A DNA stretch of 64,000 bases from an uncultured bacterium (GTDB taxonomy: Bacteria > Eisenbacteria > RBG-16-71-46), in contig CAZSQX010000001.1 in assembly GCA_964609125.1 (NCBI GenBank), positions 54,459-118,458 on the forward strand. Direction: 5' to 3'. Below, piece by piece: positions 46,698-56,131 of the stretch. How positions within the stretch are numbered: the first letter of the stretch is position 1; each line of letters starts with the position of its first letter. The position numbers were made by a program, and so were the translations under genes. The notes beneath the pieces were generated by a model. That model was not told the DNA's origin. It worked only from the letters and a program-made list of their open reading frames with translations, and did no database searches.

Positions 46698-47450
46698 GTG
46701 CCCGCGTCACCCCGCGTGAGCGTGATCGTGGTGACGCGCGACCGTCCGCGGCTCGTGGCCGACGCGCTGGCCAGCGTGGCCGTGCAGACCCGGCCGCCGC
46801 TCGAGGTGCGCGTGGGCGACGACGGCGGCGGACACCCGGGCGAGCTGCCCGGGGCGCCGCTCCTCGAGCTCACCTGGCTCGCGCTCGCGTGCGGCCAGCC
46901 CGGGGCCGCGCGCAACGCCACGGCCGCCGGCGCGCGCGGCGACGTGCTCGCGTTCCTGGACGACGACGACCGCTGGCGGCCGGACCATCTGGCGGGGCTC
47001 GTCTCGGCGTTCGAAGATCCCGGCGTGGGCTTCGCGTGGCGGGACTGCGAGGTGATCCGCGAGAAGACGCGCGCCGACGGCACGCGCGTGACGCTCGCGA
47101 CCCGCACCATCGCGCGGGACTGGGACGACGCGCTCATGCGCTGCGATGACTACCTGCCGCCGAGCGCGTGGGGCATGCGCCGCTCGCTGTTCGAGGCGCT
47201 GGGCGGGTTCGACGACTCGTTCCGCTACAGCGAGGACTGGGACCTGGTCCTGCGCGCCGCCGCGGCCACGCGCGTACGCCGGGTGCCGGGCGTGACGGTG
47301 GAGGTCCGCCTGCGCGAGACCGGGAACGCGTCCGCCGAGCGGACGCCCGAGCGGCTCGACTGCCTGCGCCGGCTCGCCGAGCGGCACGGCTTCGCCACGC
47401 CACCGCCGCGCACGTTCTGGGAGGTGGCCGGCCGCGTGGGCCGGGTGTGA
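46698..47450 (+). CDS. GT2 glycosyltransferase
   Basis: Starts 8 nt after the folE stop. Motifs VSVIVVTRDRP and LAFLDDDD. The start is GTG at 46698 or 46716. Confidence 0.7.
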   Translation: MPASPRVSVIVVTRDRPRLVADALASVAVQTRPPLEVRVGDDGGGHPGELPGAPLLELTWLALACGQPGAARNATAAGARGDVLAFLDDDDRWRPDHLAGLVSAFEDPGVGFAWRDCEVIREKTRADGTRVTLATRTIARDWDDALMRCDDYLPPSAWGMRRSLFEALGGFDDSFRYSEDWDLVLRAAAATRVRRVPGVTVEVRLRETGNASAERTPERLDCLRRLAERHGFATPPPRTFWEVAGRVGRV

Positions 47451-48373
47451 GCGCGCCCGCGCGAGAGCTGGTGGTCGTCGGCGCGGGGCCGGCGGGGGTC
47501 TCGGCCGCGCTGTGGGCGAGGTCGCGCGACCTGGACGTGCTCGTGCTGGAGGCGGAGGCGCGACCGGGCGGTCAACTCCACGCGATCCACTTCGAGCCGC
47601 GCGAGATCGCCGGCTGGCCCTCCGGGGACGGCCCGGCGCTCGCGGACGTCTATGCCCGGCAGCTCGCCACGAGCGGGATCGCGGTGCGTCACGGCGCGCG
47701 GGTGCGTGCGCTGGAACCGGACGCGGGGCGGGCGCTGGGGCTCGCGCTCGAGGGCGGCGGGCGGATCGAGGCCCGCGCGGTGCTCGTCGCGACCGGCGCG
47801 CGCCGGCGGACGCTGGGGGTGCCGGGCGAGCGCGAGTTCGAGGGCCGCGGCGTCTCCACGTCCGCGACGCGCGACCGGGCTGAGCTCGCCGGCCGCGCGG
47901 TCGTGGTGGTGGGCGGGGGCGACGCGGCGTTCGAGAACGCGCTCCTCCTCGCCGGGCTCGGCTGCGACGTGACGGTGCTCGTCCGGGGCGCTCCGCGGGC
48001 GCGCCGCGAGTTCCGGGAGCGCCTGGCCGCGGAGCCGCGCGCGCGGGTGCTCGAGACGACGCGGATGCTCGAGGTCACCGGCGGAGAGCGGGTGAGCGGG
48101 GTGCGCGTGGCGGGCCCCGGCGGCGAGCGCCGGCTCGCCTGCGACGCCGTGGTCGTCAAGGTGGGCGTCGTGCCGCAGACCGCGTGGTGTCGGGAGGCGC
48201 TCGCGCACGACGCCGACGGCTACCTGCGGGTGGACGACCGGCTCGCCACGTCCCGTGCGGGCGTGTGGGCGGCGGGGGACGTGGTGCGGCCGCTGCTCCC
48301 GAGCGTGCCCGTCGCCGCGGGTCACGGCGCGCTCGCTGCGGCCGCCATCCGGCTCGCGCTGCGCGGCGACTGA
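47447..48373 (+). CDS. FAD/NAD(P)-binding oxidoreductase, thioredoxin-reductase-like but lacking the CxxC redox motif
   Basis: GTG at 47447 in GTGA overlap. Motifs VVVGAGPAGVSAA and a second GGGDAAFE. The position of TrxB CATC reads SATR. Confidence 0.7.
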   Translation: MSAPARELVVVGAGPAGVSAALWARSRDLDVLVLEAEARPGGQLHAIHFEPREIAGWPSGDGPALADVYARQLATSGIAVRHGARVRALEPDAGRALGLALEGGGRIEARAVLVATGARRRTLGVPGEREFEGRGVSTSATRDRAELAGRAVVVVGGGDAAFENALLLAGLGCDVTVLVRGAPRARREFRERLAAEPRARVLETTRMLEVTGGERVSGVRVAGPGGERRLACDAVVVKVGVVPQTAWCREALAHDADGYLRVDDRLATSRAGVWAAGDVVRPLLPSVPVAAGHGALAAAAIRLALRGD

Positions 48374-48440
48374 CGCCGGCGGGTCAAGCGCCCGCACCGG
48401 GGCGCCGACAACCCCGGCAGTCCACCCGCACGAGGATGCG

Positions 48441-49436
48441 ATGCCGCCGTTCGAGTGCCGACCGCTCCCGTTCGCCGACCGCGCCGACCCGGTCCTGCGC
48501 GGGCGCTGGTGCTGGCCGGCGCTCGCCCCGGGGGCCGCGGTGATGCTGGACGCGTGCTGGCCGATCGCGCCGGGCAGGGGCGGGCTCGGCCTCCTGTGGC
48601 TGGACCTGGCCGCGCTCGCCTGCCTGGCGTGGGCGGCGGTCGGGCCGCGCCGCGCGCCGGCGCGCGACTGGGGCACGCCTCTCGACGGCCGCGTCGCGGC
48701 CGGAATCGTGCTCGCGCTCCTGCACGTGCTCGCCGCGGGCGGCGCGGGCGAGCCCATGCAGGGGCTCCATCAGGTGGCCGCGAGCGGCGCCTGCTACTAC
48801 GCGCTCGCGGCGCGCCTGCGGCACGACCCGCGCGCGCCGGACGCGATCTGGCCTTCGTTCGCGCTCGTGGTGCTGGCGCTCGCCACGTACTCGCTGGCGC
48901 GCGTCACCCAGGGGGCCGACGTGCTCGCCGACGCCGCGCGCGCCGTGGACCTCAACTGGGCGAGCCGTCACGGCCTCGCGAAGGCGCTGCTGCTGGGGGC
49001 GCTCCTGTGCGCGGGGCGGGCGGCCGAGCCCGGCGCGCGCCCGCTGTGGTCGGTCACCGCGCTCACGGGCGGGCTCGTCGCCACGCTGCACCTGGCCACG
49101 AGCGGGCTCGGGCTTGGGATCGCGTCGCTCGCCGGGCTCGACGAGCCGTTCTTCTTCGGCACGAGCGTGCTCGCGTTCCTGCTCCTGTCCGGGTTCTCGC
49201 GGCTCGCCTGGCAGGCCGCGCGCGAGCGGCCCGCGGAGTCGAACCGCTGGCGCGCCGCCGCGCTCGCGTTCCTGTTCGTCGTCGCCATGCTCCTGTTCGG
49301 GGGCTCGAGCGGCGGCGAGGGCGTGCGGGTGCTCACCGCGCTCGCTGGCGCGGCGTCGGTCTCCGCCGCGTTCGCGCCGAGGGCCGCTCGCGCCGGCGCG
49401 CCCGCGGAGGCGGAGCCGGCACGGCGCGCGGCGTGA
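48441..49436 (+). CDS. hypothetical polytopic membrane protein
   Basis: ATG at 48441. Several hydrophobic helices. No recognisable motif. Confidence 0.55.
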   Translation: MPPFECRPLPFADRADPVLRGRWCWPALAPGAAVMLDACWPIAPGRGGLGLLWLDLAALACLAWAAVGPRRAPARDWGTPLDGRVAAGIVLALLHVLAAGGAGEPMQGLHQVAASGACYYALAARLRHDPRAPDAIWPSFALVVLALATYSLARVTQGADVLADAARAVDLNWASRHGLAKALLLGALLCAGRAAEPGARPLWSVTALTGGLVATLHLATSGLGLGIASLAGLDEPFFFGTSVLAFLLLSGFSRLAWQAARERPAESNRWRAAALAFLFVVAMLLFGGSSGGEGVRVLTALAGAASVSAAFAPRAARAGAPAEAEPARRAA

Positions 49437-49470
49437 CCTCGCCGCGCCGAGCGGGTAGCGTGCGCGGGCC

Positions 49471-51042
49471 ATGGACCGGACCCGACGTGAGGGAGTCGCA
49501 AGCGACGCGCGAACGCGCTGGGATGCGGCCGACCGCGCGGCGCTCGCGGCGCGCGGGATCGCGGTCGAGGAGGCCGAGCGTCAGCTCGCGGTGATGTCCC
49601 GCCCGGCCGCGTGGGCGGCGATCGAGCGGCCGTGCACCGTGGGCGACGGGATCGTCCGGCTGGACGCCGCGAGCCTGGAGGCCTCGCTCGAGGCGCACTC
49701 GCTCGCCGCGCGCTCCGGCCGGGTGTCGGTGTTCGTGCCCGCCTCCGGCGCCGCGACGCGGATGTTCAAGGACCTGCTCGCCGCGCGCGAGCGCCCGGGG
49801 CCGCTCGATCCGGCGGAGGTGAGGGCGGACGGCTCGGCGCCGGCGCGCGCGCTGGCGCGGTTCGTGGACGAGCTGCCGCGCTTCGCGTTCGCGGGCGCGC
49901 TCGGCGAGCAGCTCTCCCGGCGCGGCCGCTCGCTCGACGCGTTGCGGCGGGACGGCCCGTGGCGGCCGCTCGTGGACGCGTTCCTCGACCCGGACGGGCT
50001 CGACGCCGCGCGCGCGCCCAAGGGGCTGCTCGCGTTCCACCGCGAGGGCGACGAGGTCCACACCGCGTTCGAGGAGCACCTGGTGGAGGCCTGCGCGCTG
50101 GCGGGCGACGAGCGCGGAGTGCGGCGTCTCGACGTCACGGTCTCGCCCGAGCACCGGGAGGGTTTCGAGCGCGTGCTCGCGGATCGCACGCCCGCGCTCG
50201 CCGCGCGCCACGGGGGCGGGTGGCAGGTCCGGTTCAGCGAGCAGGACCCCGCCACGGACACGATCGCGGCCGACCCGGGCGGCGGCCCGTTCCGCGACGC
50301 GTCTGGACGGCTCGTGTTCCGCCCGGCCGGGCACGGCGCGCTGCTCCGGAACCTGGCGGCGACGGGCGGCGACCTCGTGTTCCTCAAGAACATCGACAAC
50401 GTTTCGGTCGCGCGCCTGCGGCCCGAGTCGGAGGGCTGGGGCCGCGCCCTGCTGGGGCACGCCGCCCGCCTCGCCGCCGACGTGCGTACATGGTGCGAAG
50501 CGCTGGAGGCGCGCGAGCCGGGGGCCGTCGAGGGCGCGCGCGGCTTCGCGCGGGAGGCGCTCGGGCTCGCGCTGCCGTCCGGACGGGACGCACCGGAGCT
50601 GGCCGCCGAGCTCGATCGCCCGGTCCGCGTCTGCGGCATGGTCCCCAACACCGGCGAGCCGGGCGGCGGCCCGTTCTGGGTACGCGGCGGGCACGGCCCC
50701 ACGCGCCAGATCGTGGAGTCGGCGCAGGTGGACATGGGCTCGGCCGAGCGCGCCGCCGTGTTCCGCGCCGCGACCCACTTCAACCCCGTGTTCCTCGCCG
50801 TGTCTCTCCGAGACCGCCACGGCCGGCCGCACGACCTCGCGCGCTTCGTGGACGAGGCCGCCGTCATCGTCACGCGCAAGTCGCACGAGGGCCGCGAGCT
50901 GCTCGCACTTGAGCGCCCGGGCCTGTGGAACGGCGCCATGGCGGGGTGGCACACGGTGTTCGTCGAGGTGCCGCTCGCGGTCTTCAACCCCGTGAAGACC
51001 GTGTTCGACCTGCTGCGGCCCGAGCACCAGGGCGAGCCGTAG
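49471..51042 (+). CDS. hypothetical protein (resembles DUF4301-family proteins, from memory)
   Basis: Clean 523-aa ORF with non-repetitive composition. The family assignment is recollection only. Confidence 0.55.
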   Translation: MDRTRREGVASDARTRWDAADRAALAARGIAVEEAERQLAVMSRPAAWAAIERPCTVGDGIVRLDAASLEASLEAHSLAARSGRVSVFVPASGAATRMFKDLLAARERPGPLDPAEVRADGSAPARALARFVDELPRFAFAGALGEQLSRRGRSLDALRRDGPWRPLVDAFLDPDGLDAARAPKGLLAFHREGDEVHTAFEEHLVEACALAGDERGVRRLDVTVSPEHREGFERVLADRTPALAARHGGGWQVRFSEQDPATDTIAADPGGGPFRDASGRLVFRPAGHGALLRNLAATGGDLVFLKNIDNVSVARLRPESEGWGRALLGHAARLAADVRTWCEALEAREPGAVEGARGFAREALGLALPSGRDAPELAAELDRPVRVCGMVPNTGEPGGGPFWVRGGHGPTRQIVESAQVDMGSAERAAVFRAATHFNPVFLAVSLRDRHGRPHDLARFVDEAAVIVTRKSHEGRELLALERPGLWNGAMAGWHTVFVEVPLAVFNPVKTVFDLLRPEHQGEP

Positions 51043-51045
51043 CCC

Positions 51046-53076
51046 TCAGCGCGCCGCGAGCACCGCCACCGAATGGGGTGGGAGCGTGCGCGCGGCCGGG
51101 GTCGCCAGCGGACTCGCGGTCGCCAGCGGCGTGAAGTCCCGGGGCGGCGCGGCCGCCGTGTCCACGACCAGGTGCCAGGCGCGTCCGGCAGGGGGCTCGG
51201 GCAGGGGGCAGCTCCACTCGCCGGCGTCGCCGTTCGCGAGCAGCAGCAGGTCCTCGCCGCCCGCGGGCGCGAACCGGAGCATCAGGCGATGCGGCTCCGG
51301 CCGGCCGCTTTCCGGGCCCGCCCCCTCGTCGCCGCGCTCGACCCGCGCCTCCCCGGCCAGCGCCGGGTGCGAGCGCCGGAGCGCCAGCAGTCCGGCCACG
51401 TACCGCTGGAAGGCCCGCCCCCGCTCGCCCGGGTCCCAGTCCAGCCACCATGCGGGGCCGTCCTGGCACCACGGGTTGTTGTTGCCACCCTGCGAGCGCA
51501 GCGCATCGTCGCCCCACAGCCACAGCACCGAGCCGCGCGAGAGCAGAAGCAGCGCCGCCGCGTTGCGCGCCTGGCGCTCGCGCACCGCGCGCACGTTCGG
51601 GTCGTGCGAGGGGCCCTCGGCGCCGCCGTTCCAGCTCCGGTGGTCGTCGGTGCCGTCGTGGTTCCGCTCGCCGTTCGCCTCGTTGTGCTTGCGCTCGTGG
51701 CTCACGAGATCCGCCAGCGTGTACCCGTCGTGCGAGGTGAGGTAGTTCACCGAGTGCCCGACCGGGCGGCCCGGGCCGTATAGGTCGCGCGAGCCGAGCA
51801 GCCGGCCTGCGAGCACGTCCGAGCGGCCGCTCCGGCGCCGGAGCCAGTCCCGCACGTCGTCGCGGAAGCGGCCGTTGAGCTCCGCGAACCGGCCGTGGTG
51901 CGGGAAGCGCCCGACGTGGTAGAGCCCGGTGTCCCACGGTTCGGCGATGAGCTTGCAGTGCGCGAGGGCCGGCTCGCCGGCGATGCGCCTGAGGAGCGGG
52001 GGGTCTTCGAGCGGCTCGCCGTTCACGCCGCGCGTCAGCGTCGAGGCCAGGTCGAAGCGGAACCCATCCACGCGCATCTCGACCGCCCAGAACCGCAGCG
52101 CGTCGAGGATCAACCTCGCCGGCGCGGGGCGCGCGCACGCGAACGTGTGCCCGCAGCCCGTGAAGTCCACGTCGCGGCCGGCGGCGTCGAGCAGGAAGTA
52201 GACCTCGCGGTCGAAGCCGCGCCACGAGCGCGGCGGCACCGTGCGGCCGCCCTCGCCGGTGTGATTGAAGACCACGTCGAGGATCACCTCGAGCCCGTGC
52301 GCGTGCAGCGCGCGCACCATGTCGCGGAACTCGCGCAGCGCGCCGGCGGCCGTGGCGTCGGCCGCGTAGGCGGTGCGCGGCGCCATGAACGCGAGCGGGG
52401 CGTAGCCCCAGGCGTTCAGCAGCCGCTCGCCCGTGAACGGGTTGACCCGCGGGTTGTCGGTCTCGTCGAACTCGGCCACGGGCATGAGCTGGACCGCGGT
52501 CACGCCCAGCGAGCGGAGCCAGTCCGCCTTCTCGGCCAGCCCGGCGAACGTGCCCGGATGGCGCACCCCGGAGCTCGGGTGCGCCGTGAATGCCCGGACG
52601 TGCGTTTCGTACAGGATCGTGCGCTCGAGCGGCGTGCCCGGGTGGCGGTCGTCGCCCCAGTCGTGGGCGAGGTCGCAAACCACCGCGCGCCGGGGTGCCC
52701 TCCGGGGCGAGCGGTCCGCCCAACGCTCGGAGCCCGCGATCCCCTTCGCGTAGGGGTCCAGCAGCATCGCCCGCGGGTCGAACGCGTGGCGCGTGTCGTG
52801 CGGGTGCCCCTCGGCGCGCCACAGGTATTCGGCGCCCGCCCGCACCCCCCGCACGTACGCGTGCCAGACGTCGCCGGTTCGGTTCCGGGCGGGATCCAGC
52901 GCGATCTCGCCGCGCGGGACGCCTCCGGGGGAGAGCAGCACGAGCGTCAGCCGCTCGGCGTGTGACGAGACCACCGCGAAGCGGGTGCCGCCGGCGTCCA
53001 CCGTCGCGCCGAGCGGCTCGGGGCCGCCGGGCTCGACGGCGAACGGCGGCGGCGGTACGGGGTCGGATGCCTCCAT
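51046..53076 (-). CDS. glgX: glycogen debranching enzyme (isoamylase-type GH13)
   Basis: GH13 catalytic regions GFRFDLAS, EPWD and YLTSHDG. GGAGG lies 8 nt upstream of ATG 53076. Confidence 0.85.
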   Translation of the reverse strand: MEASDPVPPPPFAVEPGGPEPLGATVDAGGTRFAVVSSHAERLTLVLLSPGGVPRGEIALDPARNRTGDVWHAYVRGVRAGAEYLWRAEGHPHDTRHAFDPRAMLLDPYAKGIAGSERWADRSPRRAPRRAVVCDLAHDWGDDRHPGTPLERTILYETHVRAFTAHPSSGVRHPGTFAGLAEKADWLRSLGVTAVQLMPVAEFDETDNPRVNPFTGERLLNAWGYAPLAFMAPRTAYAADATAAGALREFRDMVRALHAHGLEVILDVVFNHTGEGGRTVPPRSWRGFDREVYFLLDAAGRDVDFTGCGHTFACARPAPARLILDALRFWAVEMRVDGFRFDLASTLTRGVNGEPLEDPPLLRRIAGEPALAHCKLIAEPWDTGLYHVGRFPHHGRFAELNGRFRDDVRDWLRRRSGRSDVLAGRLLGSRDLYGPGRPVGHSVNYLTSHDGYTLADLVSHERKHNEANGERNHDGTDDHRSWNGGAEGPSHDPNVRAVRERQARNAAALLLLSRGSVLWLWGDDALRSQGGNNNPWCQDGPAWWLDWDPGERGRAFQRYVAGLLALRRSHPALAGEARVERGDEGAGPESGRPEPHRLMLRFAPAGGEDLLLLANGDAGEWSCPLPEPPAGRAWHLVVDTAAAPPRDFTPLATASPLATPAARTLPPHSVAVLAAR

Positions 53077-53190
53077 GCGGCGGTCCTCCGGTGCGGGAAG
53101 GGAGAGCCGGGACCCTACCCCAATCCGCCGCGCGCACCGACCCCGGACCCGCGTGGGGTCCGGGGCCGCTGCCCGCCGCCGGGGCCGCGC

Positions 53191-53724
53191 TCAGCGGGCG
53201 GGCACGAACGTCAGCGCGGCCGAGTTGATGCAATAGCGCAGGCCCGTCGGCTCGGGGCCGTCCTCGAACACGTGGCCCAGGTGGCCGCCGCAGCGCGCGC
53301 ACTCGGCCTCGACGCGCAACATGTCGTGGCTCTCGTCGCGCTTCTCGGCCACCACGCCCCGCCACGCCGGCCGCCAGAAGCTCGGCCAGCCCGTGCCCGA
53401 GTCGAACTTGGTGTCCGAGCCGAACAGCTCGAGCCCGCACCCGGCGCAGCGGTAGCTCCCGCGGCGGTGCTCGTTCCAGAGCGCGCCCGTGAACGCGATC
53501 TCGGTGCCCTCCTGGCGGAGGATCCGGTAGGCGGCGGGTTTGAGCAGGCGGCGCCATTCCTCGTCGGTCTTCACGACCCGGGTGAACGGCGCCGCGGGCG
53601 GCGCCTCGGCGGGGACCGGGGGTGCGGCGGTCCGGAGAGAGCGATCCGCGGCGTCGGCGCGCGAGGCCAGCACCGGGATCGCGAGGGCGGAGAGGAGCGC
53701 GAGGCGGAGGATCGAGGGTTTCAT
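53191..53724 (-). CDS. msrB: peptide-methionine (R)-S-oxide reductase MsrB with signal peptide
   Basis: Signal peptide [18 protein letters not shown]. Two CxxC Zn sites. Catalytic RYCINS. Confidence 0.85.
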   Translation of the reverse strand: MKPSILRLALLSALAIPVLASRADAADRSLRTAAPPVPAEAPPAAPFTRVVKTDEEWRRLLKPAAYRILRQEGTEIAFTGALWNEHRRGSYRCAGCGLELFGSDTKFDSGTGWPSFWRPAWRGVVAEKRDESHDMLRVEAECARCGGHLGHVFEDGPEPTGLRYCINSAALTFVPAR

Positions 53725-53849
53725 CCGGTGTCCTTTCCCGTTCGGGTGGCTGGGACCCTACTACGGGAGGATGCGCCGGATGGGATGAGCCGCGTGACCG
53801 GCCCATGTCCGGTTCGCGTCAATCCCGCGGACGGAGCGTGCGGCGGGGG

Positions 53850-54494
53850 CTACGCGGCGGCGCGCCAGCCGTCGGCGCGGCGCACGTAGAGGTCCATCTC
53901 CTCCCGGGTGAAGCCCTCCCACAGCCGGCCCGTGTCGTGGAGCCGCAGGAACGCGTCCACGACCTCGGGGAAGAACTGGGTGCCGGAGTGGCGGCGCAGC
54001 TCGTCGCAGGCGGCCGCAGCGGGCAGGCCGTGCCGGTACGGCCGCTCCTCGGTCATGGCGTCGTAGGCGGCGCACACCATGATGATGCGCGCCCCGGCCG
54101 GGACTCGGTCACCGCTGAGGTGCCGCGGGTAGCCCTTGCCGTCGGGCCGTTCGTGGTGCGTGTAGACGATCTCCGCCGCGGTTCCGAGCCCGGGGATGTC
54201 GCGCAGCATCTCCCAGCCGATCGTGGGGTGGGTCTGCACCATCGCCCGCTCGCCGGCGTCCAGCGGCCGCGGCGTCTGGACGACGTCGTTGAGGATCGCG
54301 AACCGGCCGAGGTCGTGCAGCATCGCGGCCAGCTCGATGTCGGCGTGCTCGCGCTCCGGCAGGCCGAGCTCGCGGGCCACGCGCACCGCGAAGCGGGAGA
54401 TGCGCAGCGACCGGCCGCGCGTGTGCGGGTCCGCCGCGTCGATGACGTGGGTCAGCACGCGCACCATCCGCATGAGGGTCAGATCGGCGTCCAT
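53850..54494 (-). CDS. stand-alone HD-GYP domain phosphohydrolase (c-di-GMP phosphodiesterase type)
   Basis: HDLGR and HHERPDGKGYP motifs. 214 aa. Confidence 0.8.
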   Translation of the reverse strand: MDADLTLMRMVRVLTHVIDAADPHTRGRSLRISRFAVRVARELGLPEREHADIELAAMLHDLGRFAILNDVVQTPRPLDAGERAMVQTHPTIGWEMLRDIPGLGTAAEIVYTHHERPDGKGYPRHLSGDRVPAGARIIMVCAAYDAMTEERPYRHGLPAAAACDELRRHSGTQFFPEVVDAFLRLHDTGRLWEGFTREEMDLYVRRADGWRAAA

Positions 54495-54664
54495 GGCGGT
54501 CTCCCGGGAGCGGCGGGGCCGGGCCCTGCGTCCGGCAGGGCGGCGGCCGCCGCGGTCCTCGCGGTCATCGGCAGGCCGGGGCCGGGACTTGAGCCCGCGG
54601 CCGGGCGCACGCCGCGCAGGTCGGGGTTCAGGCGCGGGCCGCGAGTGACGATGCTTCCGGGGTC

Positions 54665-55942
54665 ATGGTGCCCGATCTGTCGTTCGAATTCGCCCCGGAG
54701 GACTCGGAGTCCTTCCAGGGTGCCGGCTCGCCCGAACCCACCGTCCTCGCCTGGCGCTCCGCCGAGGACTGGGGCGACGTGCGCCGCCTCGTCGTGCGCA
54801 CGGACGCGCGCGTCGCCGAGCTCCTGCTCGGCCTCGTGCGGGAGACCGCCGCGGCGCGGCACGACGAGGCCGAGCTGGTGTCCGTGCTCGCCCGGTTCGC
54901 GTTCGAGGCGTTCCCCAACGCCACGCACCACGTGCTCGTCGCGCGCGAGCAGGAGGAGGCGCCGCTGCGCACGCTGACGGCCGCCGCGCGCAACGGCGAC
55001 GGGACGCGGGTGGCACTGTCGCGGACCATCGTCGAACGCGCGCTGCGCGACGGACACGCGCTCCTCTACGTCCACGGCCAGGACCCGGGCAAGGCCAGCG
55101 AGAGCATCGTGCTGTCGCGGCTCGAGACGGCGATCGTGGCACCGCTGCTCGGGAGCAGCGGGCGGGCGCTGGGCGTTGTGCAGCTCGACGTGCGGCGACC
55201 CGCGCGCGGGCGGTTCACGAAGGACGACATGGACATGCTGTCCGTGTTCGCGAGCCAGGCCGGCCTCGCGCTGGAGAACCTCTGGCTCCACCGCCAGCAG
55301 CAGCGCGCGTTCCACTCGACGATCGCTGCGCTGGTGCACTCGCTCACGCTGAAGGATCCCGAGGCGGCGAAGCACAGCGAGCGGGTGAGGGGCGTCTCGC
55401 TCGCGATCGCGGACCGCATGCGGCTCGGCCCGGTCGAGACCGAGGTGGTGTCGGTCGCCGCGCTGCTCCACGACGTCGGCAAGCAGGGCGTGCGCGACGA
55501 GGTGCTGTTCAAGCCCGGGGCGCTCACGACCGAGGAGCGCCAGGAGATGGACCTCCACGCCACGCATACGCAGGGCATCCTCGACATGATCCAGTATCCG
55601 GCCGAGCTGTGGGACGTGCCGCGCATCGCCGCCTATCACCACGAGAAGATCGACGGCTCCGGCCCGTTCGGCATCGCCGGCGACCGGATCCCGCTGGCCG
55701 CGCGCATCATCTCCGTGGCCGACGTGTTCGACGCGCTGGTGAGCGATCGCCCCTACAAGGCGGCGTTGCCGCCCGACGAGGTGTTCGCGGTCCTGGACCG
55801 GGGCCGCGACAAGGACTGGGACCCGGTCGTGATCGACGCGCTCCGCGAGTCCGTGCACGAGGTCCTCGCCGAGGTCTACGGTCGCGACCTCCCGGTCACC
55901 CCGTCGGTCGAGCCCGACGAGCCCATGGAGCGCGCCGCCTAG
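54665..55942 (+). CDS. GAF-domain protein with C-terminal HD-GYP-like domain carrying GPF in place of GYP
   Basis: N-terminal GAF-like region. HDVGK and HHEKIDGSGPFG. Confidence 0.75.
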   Translation: MVPDLSFEFAPEDSESFQGAGSPEPTVLAWRSAEDWGDVRRLVVRTDARVAELLLGLVRETAAARHDEAELVSVLARFAFEAFPNATHHVLVAREQEEAPLRTLTAAARNGDGTRVALSRTIVERALRDGHALLYVHGQDPGKASESIVLSRLETAIVAPLLGSSGRALGVVQLDVRRPARGRFTKDDMDMLSVFASQAGLALENLWLHRQQQRAFHSTIAALVHSLTLKDPEAAKHSERVRGVSLAIADRMRLGPVETEVVSVAALLHDVGKQGVRDEVLFKPGALTTEERQEMDLHATHTQGILDMIQYPAELWDVPRIAAYHHEKIDGSGPFGIAGDRIPLAARIISVADVFDALVSDRPYKAALPPDEVFAVLDRGRDKDWDPVVIDALRESVHEVLAEVYGRDLPVTPSVEPDEPMERAA

Positions 55943-55950
55943 CTGGCCTT

Positions 55951-56039
55951 CGTCGATTCGGCACCACGTCAACCGTGTCGGGCCGGCGTCGATTCGAGGG
56001 TGGGGCGGCGAAGCGGGATCCCCGCGAGTGGATCGATTC
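55951..56039. repeat. direct repeats CGTCGATTCG (x2, 36 nt apart) plus a third TCGATTC in a convergent intergenic region
   Basis: Identical 10-mers at 55951-55960 and 55987-55996, with 14/16 identity including flanks. TCGATTC occurs again at 56033-56039. Nearby there is a hairpin cccagccc(16-nt loop)gggctggg. Confidence 0.3.
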
Positions 56040-56131
56040 CGGCCCGGGCCGGCGGTGATGCGGAATCAGTGAACGCTGCCCAGCCCTGCTCCCGAATGAT
56101 CCGGGCTGGGACCGACGTCCGGGGGGGGTGA

